From the NCBI GenBank assembly GCA_050873165.1, contig JBNMIH010000003.1, positions 34,334-98,333 on the forward strand: 64,000 nucleotides of DNA, given 5' to 3'. Numbering within the stretch: position 1 is the first letter of the stretch; the number at the start of each line of letters is the position of its first letter. This stretch comes from Faecousia sp. GTDB lineage: Bacteria > Bacillota > Clostridia > Oscillospirales > Oscillospiraceae. The notes beneath the pieces are model-generated. The model was not told where the DNA came from, ran no database searches, and saw only the letters and a list, made by a program, of their open reading frames with translations. Of this stretch, positions 9,065-16,756 are shown piece by piece. The position numbers and the translations under genes are program-made.

Positions 9065-9141
9065 TGGTGGGCCTTCAGGGACTCGAACCCGGGACTATCC
9101 GGTTATGAGCCGGAGGCTCTGACCAACTGAGCTAAAGGCCC
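9065..9141 (-). tRNA. tRNA-Ile2 (CAU, lysidine-modified)
   Basis: GGGCCTTTAGCTCAGTTGGTCAGAGC...GGCTCATAACC...ACCA; acceptor and anticodon arms are typical of Firmicutes Ile2 rather than Met. Confidence 0.88.
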
Positions 9142-9175
9142 GTTCAATCAAGTGACGCTCGTCACTACGGGTGGT

Positions 9176-9204
9176 ATTATAGCACGGGAGGGTGCGGTTG
9201 TCAA
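9176..9204 (-). promoter_or_regulatory. sigmaA promoter for the tRNA pair
   Basis: Perfect TTGACA-N17-TATAAT on the minus strand. Confidence 0.85.
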
Positions 9205-9322
9205 GAAGAACTTTTGTACCTTTGCTGTTTTTCTGACGGGGAATAATACGTGCAGGGACTGCTTGCCTTTTTTGCCTGGGGCTGATATAATGGGCGGGTC
9301 TGTTTTTGGAAAGGAGGGCGCC

Positions 9323-9778
9323 ATGGAACGTTCGTCCAAGCTCCGCAAGGGCTTTTTGTTTGGCTTTTACTGCGCCTGTATGCTGTGGCTGCTCTTCGGC
9401 CGGCGGCCCAATCCCCGGGCCATTCCTTTTGGGGAGTACCTGAGTACCCACTTAAATGTGATGCCCTTTCGCACCATCCGCCTGTTTGGGCGGCTGCTGG
9501 TGCCGCCGGTGCGGCCTTATCTGGTGCGCATCGCTCTGAGAAATCTGCTGGGGAATATTTTCCTCTTTGTACCTCTGGGGTATTTTCTTCCGGATATCTA
9601 TCCCCAGCTGCGGAAATTCTGGGTCACCTTTTTGTCGGTCGCGTTTATCATTGCCACAGTGGAATTGACCCAGCTGGCACTGATGGTGGGCACCTGTGAC
9701 ATAGACGATCTGCTTCTGAATGTGCTGGGGGCGTCTATGGGCTACGGACTGTACCAGCTGACCCACAGAAAAAATTGA
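9323..9778 (+). CDS. VanZ family membrane protein
   Basis: NVMPFRTI, GNIFLFVPLG, ELTQ, DIDDLLLNVLG. Confidence 0.9.
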   Translation: MERSSKLRKGFLFGFYCACMLWLLFGRRPNPRAIPFGEYLSTHLNVMPFRTIRLFGRLLVPPVRPYLVRIALRNLLGNIFLFVPLGYFLPDIYPQLRKFWVTFLSVAFIIATVELTQLALMVGTCDIDDLLLNVLGASMGYGLYQLTHRKN

Positions 9779-9782
9779 TCCT

Positions 9783-9812
9783 GTATTCTTTCCCGGAAAT
9801 TTGGAAATACTA
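9783..9812 (+). promoter_or_regulatory. Candidate sigmaF/sigmaG promoter
   Basis: GTATT-N15-GGAAATACTA upstream of spoVAC. Confidence 0.5.
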
Positions 9813-9831
9813 CCCTCCGGGAGGGATCATT

Positions 9832-10269
9832 ATGACGCAAAAGCAATATGCCAAGCTGGTGAAAGAGATCAGCCCCCCATCGCCGGTGGGGAAGGACTGC
9901 CTGCTGGCGTTTCTGGTGGGGGGCCTGATCTGCACCCTGGGTCAGGGGCTGACGGCACTGTATTCGTCTATGCTGGACAAGCAGAGCGCCGCTACGGCGG
10001 CCTCCATGACCCTGGTGGCTCTTTCGGCCCTGCTGACGGGGCTGAGCCTTTACGATGATATTGCGAAAGCCGCCGGGGCAGGGACATTGGTACCCATTAC
10101 AGGCTTCGCCAACGCCATTTCCGCCCCGGCGGTGGAGTTTAAGACCGAAGGCTTTATCCTGGGGGTGGGGGCCAAGATGTTCACCATTGCCGGACCGGTC
10201 ATCGTTTATGGTCTCAGCGCTTCGGTTGTGTATGGGATCATTTATTATTTGGCAACTATGGGTGCGTAA
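9832..10269 (+). CDS. spoVAC: Stage V sporulation protein AC
   Basis: AFLVGGLICTLGQ, AGAGTLVPITGFAN, KMFTIAGPVIVYG. Confidence 0.93.
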   Translation: MTQKQYAKLVKEISPPSPVGKDCLLAFLVGGLICTLGQGLTALYSSMLDKQSAATAASMTLVALSALLTGLSLYDDIAKAAGAGTLVPITGFANAISAPAVEFKTEGFILGVGAKMFTIAGPVIVYGLSASVVYGIIYYLATMGA

Positions 10270-10300
10270 CGTGGGCGGCGGTCAGCCGCCCATTTTCGTC

Positions 10301-10417
10301 CTATTTACTGAACTTATTCAAAATAGCCACAGCTACCACCAATACACCGATGACGGCGAAGACACCCAGCATGCCCTTGGCCAGCATGGGCAGGGTCACG
10401 GAAAGAGATTCCAACAT
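10301..10417 (-). CDS. 38-aa single-TM OadG-related small subunit (absent from the ORF track)
   Basis: GGAGG RBS right after the oadB stop; MLESLSVTLPMLAKGMLGVFAVIGVLVVAVAILNKFSK. Confidence 0.75.
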   Translation of the reverse strand: MLESLSVTLPMLAKGMLGVFAVIGVLVVAVAILNKFSK

Positions 10418-10430
10418 CGCTCCCACCTCC

Positions 10431-11543
10431 TTACCGGCCCATAAGGGCCAGGATCAGGCCCCCGGCCACCACCGATGCAATCTGACCGGAGACATTGACG
10501 CTGATGGAATACATCAGCAGGAAATTCTGATTGTCCTCCTTCAGGCCCATTTGGTTGACTACCCGCCCGCTCATGGGGAAAGCGGAGATCCCGGCGGCGC
10601 CGATCATGGGGTTCACCTTTTTCCCCTCAGGGAGGAACAGGTTCAGGAGCTTGGCGAAGAGCACGCCCCCTATGGTGTCGCCTACAAAGGCAACCAGTCC
10701 CAGAGCCAGGATCAGCAGGGTGTCCGGCCGGACGAATTGGTCCGCCGTCATCTGGCAGGCTACGGTAAGGCCCAGAATGATGGTGATGAGATTCACCAGG
10801 GCCGTCTGGGCGGTCTGACTCAGGGAGTCCAGCACACCGCACTCCCGCAGGAGGTTGCCGAACATGAGAAAGCCTACCAGTGCCACGCTGGCCGGGGCGG
10901 CAAGACCGGCCACGATGGTGACAAGAATGGGAAAGAGAATGCGAGTGAGCTTACTCACATTGCCCTTTTTATAGGGCATGCGGATAAGCCGCTCTTTTTT
11001 TGTGGTCACCAGCCGGATCACCGGGGGCTGGACGATGGGCACCAGGGCCATGTAGCTGTAGGCGGCCACCATAATGGCCCCCAGGTATCTGGAGCCCAGG
11101 GTATTGGCCACGAAGATGGCGGTGGGGCCGTCAGCCGCACCGATGACGGCAATAGAGGCGGCGTCATTGAGGTCGAAGAAGAGCCCAGCCAGGCACAGGG
11201 TCAGAAAAATGCCGAACTGGGCCGCCGCCCCGAAGAGCAGCAGCCAGGGCTTCTCCAGCAAAGGCCCAAAGTCGATCATGGCTCCGATGCCGATGAAGAG
11301 CAGCAGCGGGAAAAGCTCGTTGGAAAATCCCGCGGAGAAGAGCACGTTCAGGGGCCCCTCCACCAGTCCCTGGGTCACGGCACCGGAGAAGGGGAGATTG
11401 ACGAGAATGGCCCCGAAGCCCATGGGCAGCAGCAGCCCGGGCTCCATTTTTTTGCCGATGGCCAGGTAGATGAGCAGTCCCCCGATGGCCCACATGAGGA
11501 CCATCTGCCAGGTGAGAGCTTGCAGGTTTGTGAATAGGTTCAT
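10431..11543 (-). CDS. oadB: Na+-translocating decarboxylase beta subunit (OadB/GcdB/MmdB family)
   Basis: EPGLLLPMGFG, FPLLLFIGIGAMIDFGPLL, IGAADGPTAIF, AAYSYMALVP. Confidence 0.92.
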   Translation of the reverse strand: MNLFTNLQALTWQMVLMWAIGGLLIYLAIGKKMEPGLLLPMGFGAILVNLPFSGAVTQGLVEGPLNVLFSAGFSNELFPLLLFIGIGAMIDFGPLLEKPWLLLFGAAAQFGIFLTLCLAGLFFDLNDAASIAVIGAADGPTAIFVANTLGSRYLGAIMVAAYSYMALVPIVQPPVIRLVTTKKERLIRMPYKKGNVSKLTRILFPILVTIVAGLAAPASVALVGFLMFGNLLRECGVLDSLSQTAQTALVNLITIILGLTVACQMTADQFVRPDTLLILALGLVAFVGDTIGGVLFAKLLNLFLPEGKKVNPMIGAAGISAFPMSGRVVNQMGLKEDNQNFLLMYSISVNVSGQIASVVAGGLILALMGR

Positions 11544-11572
11544 GTTTACCTCCAATTCCGCTGCATGGAGGT

Positions 11573-11705
11573 AAAAAAAGAGACCTCCATCACAGCATAA
11601 AAATACTGTGATAAAAGTCTCAAGCTCTCCGCCTGCCCCCGGGCCATAGGCCGTGATGACGAGGACAGGCAGTATGCCCAGGCATACCCTTTACTCCCTT
11701 TTATC
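11573..11705 (-). promoter_or_regulatory. yybP-ykoY (Mn2+) riboswitch with overlapping terminator
   Basis: Minus strand AAAAG-GGAGTA...CGTCATCACG...GAGAC-TTTT; the 3' P1 strand is also the 5' arm of terminator GAGACTTTTATCACAG...CTGTGATGGAGGTCTC-T7. Confidence 0.8.
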
Positions 11706-11714
11706 CTTGGGAAT

Positions 11715-11743
11715 AGTATATGCAAGGGAGGGGGAAATGTCAA
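11715..11743 (-). promoter_or_regulatory. sigmaA promoter for the riboswitch leader
   Basis: TTGACA-N17-TATACT. Confidence 0.8.
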
Positions 11744-11753
11744 GGGGTGAAAA

Positions 11754-12776
11754 TCATGGCTTTTTCCAGATTTTTGGCACCAGCCAAAGAGTGAAGAGAG
11801 AGTAGGCCGTCAGCAGCACGAAGAGCATAGCGCCCTTGGCGATGTCCGGTACTACGATCCCAGCTGTTTCCAATCTGGGGATCATCAGGGCAGTGAGGAT
11901 GCGGATGACAAAGGCGTGGTTGCAGTAGATGGCCAAGGACAGCTTCCCAGCCTTCCGGAAGCAGGGCCGATTCAGGGCCCGGCACAGCAGACTTTCCGGG
12001 GCCAGGCAGCTGAGGAGCCACACGGGGGTGGTCATCAAAAAGATGTTCCGGTAGTCAGCATAGGCAAAGAGGCTCACCAGGCACAGGATCCCTGCCATAT
12101 CAAAGGCTTTCCGGTGGCTTCGAAGCCGGTTATACACAGCCGTTGTGGAAAAGCAGTAAGTCAGTACGCCGATGCACAAAGGAGAGAAGGCCCGCAGCAG
12201 CGGGACATAGAAGGGCCCCCAGTTTTCCCACAGGTCCACCCCGGACCAGAGGAGGCTCTGGATCATCAAAATGGCCGCCGGAAAGAGAATAGTCCGGGCC
12301 AGGGATTCCTTCTGCCGCAGCAGGGCGAAAACAAAGTACCCGGCAATCAGCAGGGCAGACAGCTGCCACAGGGGATAGTTGACGCTGTCGTGGAAGAACA
12401 TGCTGCTTTGCAGCAGCAGCACGTCCGGGATTTGATTGTAAATGCTCCGGATCAGTTCTCCCAGCCCGGACAGGGAAGGGGAGAGGGCCAGAGAAACCGT
12501 ATCCCGGGCGAAGACATACAGGAAAAACATCGCACAGGAGAAGAAATAGTAGGGGTAGATCTTTTTGGCGTGGTCCAGGGTGTAGTCCCAGGCGCTGTAG
12601 CTTTGGGACTGCTTTTCGTAGAAGGTCTTCCCCAGGAAAAAGCCGGAGAGAATGAAAAACACCTGCACCGTCACCGTAGGCCCCGGGGACACAGACAGAC
12701 CGCAGTGGAAAAAGGCGATCACGTAGCTGAGCAGGAGCTTGATGAGATCCAGAGCATAGCTTCTTTGCTGCTTCAT
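11754..12776 (-). CDS. Acyltransferase 3 family membrane protein
   Basis: LDLIK...FFH, VQVFFILSGFFL, NYPLWQLS, GKLSLAIYCNH. Confidence 0.85.
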   Translation of the reverse strand: MKQQRSYALDLIKLLLSYVIAFFHCGLSVSPGPTVTVQVFFILSGFFLGKTFYEKQSQSYSAWDYTLDHAKKIYPYYFFSCAMFFLYVFARDTVSLALSPSLSGLGELIRSIYNQIPDVLLLQSSMFFHDSVNYPLWQLSALLIAGYFVFALLRQKESLARTILFPAAILMIQSLLWSGVDLWENWGPFYVPLLRAFSPLCIGVLTYCFSTTAVYNRLRSHRKAFDMAGILCLVSLFAYADYRNIFLMTTPVWLLSCLAPESLLCRALNRPCFRKAGKLSLAIYCNHAFVIRILTALMIPRLETAGIVVPDIAKGAMLFVLLTAYSLFTLWLVPKIWKKP

Positions 12777-12779
12777 GGC

Positions 12780-13013
12780 TCAGAACTCCCGGAGAATTTC
12801 GATGATCTGGGCCTCGTAGTTCCCTTCAAAGTCCTCGCTGCGGCCGGCGGTGCGGACATTGCTCTCCGCCCCCCGCTCCGGGGCAGGGTACTCCCAGATG
12901 TGGTAGCTGAGCCCCCGATGGTTGAAAGTGATGCTGCCGCAGTCGTTCTCTTCTACGTAAGTAAAGGGCATATTTTTTTGGCGCATATAGTCCTGAATGG
13001 CAGTCAGACGCAT
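12780..13013 (-). CDS. Small hypothetical protein
   Basis: GGGAGG RBS; ends 3 bp before the acyltransferase start; natural amino-acid composition. Confidence 0.7.
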   Translation of the reverse strand: MRLTAIQDYMRQKNMPFTYVEENDCGSITFNHRGLSYHIWEYPAPERGAESNVRTAGRSEDFEGNYEAQIIEILREF

Positions 13014-13076
13014 GGAAACGGTCCTCCCTGAGTTCTTTTCCCCCATTATACCCCGCCAGGGCCCAAAAGGCAACGG

Positions 13077-14555
13077 CTATTTTGCCCTGGCGAGCCTACG
13101 AAGCCACCGGATATCCTCTCCTTTCAGGACCCCTGTCAGGTACAGGCTACTGAAAAACACCGGCACAAAGGCGGCACAGGAGAGAATTGGCTCCGAGACC
13201 TTGCTGCAGAGCCAGGCAGAGGCGATGGCACAGGTGAGCGTCCATATGGGAACATAGGCGGAGAGACCTTCCCCTGTGATGCGCAGCAGGTGGCGGAGGC
13301 TCAGGTAGAAGTTCAGGGCATGGGTGAGAAAAAAACTGACAAAATAGCCGCGGAGCCCCCAGACAGGCAGAAGAAAGTAGAGCCCGATCACATCCAGGAT
13401 GTTCGTCAGGATGTTGAACCGAACGGCCATATGCTGCTGGCCCAGGCCCTTGGTCATGGCGTCGGTGATGGCGTCGCAGTAGAGCATGGGGGCCAGGGGG
13501 GCGAAGAGCCGCAGGAGGGCCCCCGCCTCCGGATTGTCGTAGAGCCTTAGGCACAGGGCGTTGGCCCCGAGAAACAGGAGCCCACCGAAGCAGACACCGT
13601 AGAGAAGGGACAGCTTTAGACTCCGGTGGAGCAGATAGGAGATCCGTTTCTCTCCGCCGCCGCACCGGCACCGGGCCAACTCTGGGATCAGCAGTTCCGA
13701 CAGGCCGAAGAGGATACAGGCGGGGAACATGAGCACCGGGAAGACCATGCCTGTGACCCGGCCAAAGGCCCCCAGAGGGTCCGACACCGCCAAGGCCAGG
13801 CGCTTGGGCACCATCAGGTTCTCGAGGGTGCTGAGACCGCCTTTGCAGGTGTCTGCTACGGCCAAAGGCAGGGCAGACCGGAGGATGCGCCGTCCCATGG
13901 GGACCGGCTCCCCGGCTTCGTTTCCCTCAAGCCTGTATAGGAGCCCCAGCAGACTCAGCGTCAGCAGGCTCCCCATGGCGCTGCCGAAGATCACGCTGCG
14001 GCAGGCCCGTCCCGGGTCGGACCCTGCCCAGAGGGCGAGACAGGCGACGGTCACCCCCATGGAAAAAATCTGCTCTCCAATTTCCACTGCCGCCAGAACG
14101 CCGATGCGGTTTTCCCCCGTAAAATACCCTGTCAGCACGGCACAGAGGCAGGTGACGGGCAGAAAGCAGGAAAACAGCCGCAGAGCGCCGACGATGGCGG
14201 CATTTCCGATCCAGTCTCGGGCGATGGCCGGGGCGAAGAACCATAAGAGCCCTCCGATGCTGACAGAGCATACCAGGCTGTAGCGCAGGCAGCCGGAGAG
14301 GACGAACCGGAGTCCCCGGCGGCGCCCCCGCCCCAGCTCCTCCGCCGTCAGGTACATGGCGGCGGTGCGTATGCCGCCGATGCCGGCAATCATGGCAAGG
14401 CTTCCCACGGACATGGTCAGCTGCAGCAGCCCCAGGCCCTGCTCCCCGATCCGCCGGGACAGATAGACCCCAAACACCGTGCCCGCGAACCGCAGCAGCA
14501 GATTCACCCCCGTCAGCAGGATAGCCCGGTGGGCAAGTGGAACGCTTCGCTTCAA
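13077..14555 (-). CDS. SpoVB/MurJ-like MOP-superfamily flippase
   Basis: Many TM segments; YLSRRIGEQGLGLLQL, L.GYF.G and LIPELA motifs. Confidence 0.8.
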   Translation of the reverse strand: MKRSVPLAHRAILLTGVNLLLRFAGTVFGVYLSRRIGEQGLGLLQLTMSVGSLAMIAGIGGIRTAAMYLTAEELGRGRRRGLRFVLSGCLRYSLVCSVSIGGLLWFFAPAIARDWIGNAAIVGALRLFSCFLPVTCLCAVLTGYFTGENRIGVLAAVEIGEQIFSMGVTVACLALWAGSDPGRACRSVIFGSAMGSLLTLSLLGLLYRLEGNEAGEPVPMGRRILRSALPLAVADTCKGGLSTLENLMVPKRLALAVSDPLGAFGRVTGMVFPVLMFPACILFGLSELLIPELARCRCGGGEKRISYLLHRSLKLSLLYGVCFGGLLFLGANALCLRLYDNPEAGALLRLFAPLAPMLYCDAITDAMTKGLGQQHMAVRFNILTNILDVIGLYFLLPVWGLRGYFVSFFLTHALNFYLSLRHLLRITGEGLSAYVPIWTLTCAIASAWLCSKVSEPILSCAAFVPVFFSSLYLTGVLKGEDIRWLRRLARAK

Positions 14556-14609
14556 AAAATCACCCCTTGTCCACAGGGTATGCGGACAAGGGGGAAGATA
14601 GAAACAGGT

Positions 14610-15245
14610 TTATTCTTTTTGTCCGGTCATCTCCGGACAGAACAGGGCTAAGGGGCATTGACCACATTTGGGATTCCTTGCGGTGCAGATTTCCCGGCCG
14701 AAGAGGACGATCCGGTGGCAGAAGTCGCTGCTTTTCTCCGGTGGCAGGATAGCTCGGAGCTGCTTTTCCACTTTCTCCGGCTCCTTGCCCTGGCTGAGGC
14801 CCAGCCGGCCGCAGATGCGGATACAATGGGTGTCGCAGACCACGCTGCCGGGCACGCCGTAGATGTCCCCCAGCAGCAGATTGGCAGTCTTCCGCCCCAC
14901 GCCGGGGAGCTTTAAGAGATCTTCCATGGTGCCGGGGACCTTCCCACCGTAGTCCCGCAGAAGCATCTGGCAGGCCAGCACAATGTCCCGGGCCTTGTGC
15001 TTGTAAAAGCCGCAGGAGCGGACGTAGTTTTCCACATCCTCGATTGGGGCCGCCGCCATGGCTTCCAGGGTGGGGTAGGCGGCGAAGAGAGCGGGGGTCA
15101 CCTGGTTCACTCGTGCGTCGGTGCACTGGGCAGACAGCCGGACGGCAATCATCAGCTCATAGTCCTTCCGGTAGTGCAGGGCGCAGAGAGACTGGGGGTA
15201 TTTTTCCTCCAGGATGCGGAGAATGTCGTCTAAATGTGCGTTCAT
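14610..15245 (-). CDS. nth: Endonuclease III
   Basis: LSAQCTDARVN, HhH motif LPGVGRKTAN, 4Fe-4S motif C-x6-C-x2-C-x5-C. Confidence 0.95.
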   Translation of the reverse strand: MNAHLDDILRILEEKYPQSLCALHYRKDYELMIAVRLSAQCTDARVNQVTPALFAAYPTLEAMAAAPIEDVENYVRSCGFYKHKARDIVLACQMLLRDYGGKVPGTMEDLLKLPGVGRKTANLLLGDIYGVPGSVVCDTHCIRICGRLGLSQGKEPEKVEKQLRAILPPEKSSDFCHRIVLFGREICTARNPKCGQCPLALFCPEMTGQKE

Positions 15246-15268
15246 AGGAGTAATTCCTTTCTCGTAAA

Positions 15269-15390
15269 CCTCCCCCTGGGGGAAGGTGGCTCGGCGTAGC
15301 CGAGACGGAAGAGGGGCGGTACAGGCTTGGTGCTGCCCTCGCCCCACACCCGTCAGGGCTTCGCCCTGCTACCCTTTCCCGGGAGAGGGT
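15269..15390. repeat. REP/REPIN-like composite palindromic element, copy A
   Basis: CCTCCCCCTGGGGGAAGGTGGCTCGGCGTAGCCGAGACGGAAGAGGGG plus a facing related half. Confidence 0.8.
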
Positions 15391-15391
15391 A

Positions 15392-15991
15392 TTATTCTTC
15401 CTCCATCCCCATGGCGGATACCTCATAAGCTGTGCATTCCCTGGCCCCTGCCTCGGTCAATTTGGTATAGACCCTGCTTTGCAGGCGGCCGAAGATGGTC
15501 AGGGGGTCCCGGGTATGGTGCTGGGCGGCCCGGCGGGCGGTGGAGCCCCAGAGGATGCAGGGGATGTAGTCCCCCCGCCGCCCCATCCGGGGCACGGCCA
15601 GCATGATGTCGCAGATTTCCCGGCCCAGAGGCGTCTTGCGGTAGACAGGCTCCCGGCAGAGGTTCCCACGCAGGGTGATGTCGTTCAGGTCCGGCCCGTC
15701 CTCCGCGGTGATCTGGTCGGCGTAGAGGAAGATCAGCAGCCGCCGCCTGTCCTCCTGCCGCAGATTATGGGAGCGGACGGAGCCGGATACCGTGACTTTT
15801 CCGCCGCCGCTGGGGTCCAGGGTGCTAAGAACTTGTTCCGGTGCGATCACCGGCAGCCGGTCCACTGCCCCAGAAAGCCGGGCAGCCTCCAGGTACAGGC
15901 GAAAGAAGCGCTTGCCCCCCGTCTCGTGGGAAAACTCCGGAAGACCCGCCAGTGTCCCCCGGACAAGGGCCTGGTTTGTTTGCGAAAGCAT
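15392..15991 (-). CDS. Single-stranded DNA-binding protein (two OB folds, clostridial type)
   Basis: FSHE, RLSGAVDRLP, YRKTPLGREICD, DYIPCILWG, GRLQSR.Y, YEVS. Confidence 0.88.
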   Translation of the reverse strand: MLSQTNQALVRGTLAGLPEFSHETGGKRFFRLYLEAARLSGAVDRLPVIAPEQVLSTLDPSGGGKVTVSGSVRSHNLRQEDRRRLLIFLYADQITAEDGPDLNDITLRGNLCREPVYRKTPLGREICDIMLAVPRMGRRGDYIPCILWGSTARRAAQHHTRDPLTIFGRLQSRVYTKLTEAGARECTAYEVSAMGMEEE

Positions 15992-16051
15992 AGTACCACC
16001 TCATTGTTTCGGATGTATGGAACATCCTATGCGGTGGCGCAGGGAAAAGAA

Positions 16052-16552
16052 TCAGGAAAAATGGTCCCAGAATTCCTGGAATTCCGGCACGGTGATGTCT
16101 CCTCCGTAGACGTAGATCACATAGTCCTCGTCCTGCCAGCGGTAGGCAATGTCGGTTTTGTGGAAGCCCGCCGTCAGGTAGTAGTGGACCCGGGCCTTCC
16201 GCTGGTCCAGGTTCGGCGCTCCCGGCTCTACGGTCTCCAGGTCTGCCAGGATCCGGTGGCCGGGATATCGGGAGTAAAGAATTTTCATGGCCTCAGAGCC
16301 GTAGTGATGGTCCCGGAACCGGTCGCAGATGGCGATGTAGAGAATGTGGGTGATGGTTTTGTAGGTCAGCAGGCTGGCAAAGCCGCAAAACTCTTCTTTG
16401 TGGTAAAAAGCCAGCAGGTCATGGCCGTCGTGATGGACCGGCAGCAGCTCCGTCAGCGGGTCCCGCTCCTTGGCAGGAAAGGCGCTGATATAGAGCTTGC
16501 GCAGAGCGGACATATCCGGAAAGGTTCCGGTGACTTTCTTTGCGAGCAGCAT
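16052..16552 (-). CDS. GNAT family acetyltransferase
   Basis: LYISAFPAKER, ILYIAI...R...YGS, R..YY...GF. Confidence 0.8.
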   Translation of the reverse strand: MLLAKKVTGTFPDMSALRKLYISAFPAKERDPLTELLPVHHDGHDLLAFYHKEEFCGFASLLTYKTITHILYIAICDRFRDHHYGSEAMKILYSRYPGHRILADLETVEPGAPNLDQRKARVHYYLTAGFHKTDIAYRWQDEDYVIYVYGGDITVPEFQEFWDHFS

Positions 16553-16625
16553 GGGATTCCTCTCATCAATTTTTGGATGAGGACATTTTACGACAAGAAT
16601 CTCCGTTCGTCAAGATGGCAAAAAA

Positions 16626-16746
16626 CCTTCCCCTGGGGGAAGGTGGCTCGGCGAAGCCGAGACGGAAGAGGGGCGGCAGGTACTCGGATGCGGAAGGACC
16701 CTCTCAGTCACGGCTTCGCCGCGCCAGCTCCCCCAGAGGGGGAGCC
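16626..16746. repeat. REP/REPIN-like element, copy B
   Basis: First ~50 nt near-identical to copy A; second half CCCTCTCAGTCACGGCTTCGCCGCGCCAGCTCCCCCAGAGGGGGAGC. Confidence 0.8.
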
Positions 16747-16756
16747 AAGGGGGCGC

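Noticed and set aside
9065-9141. tRNA-Met call for the CAU tRNA
   Set aside because: It lacks initiator features and its stems match the Firmicutes Ile2 pattern
11573-11705. Na+-sensing riboswitch, as might be expected upstream of oadB
   Set aside because: The visible motifs fit yybP-ykoY better; a covariance-model search is still needed
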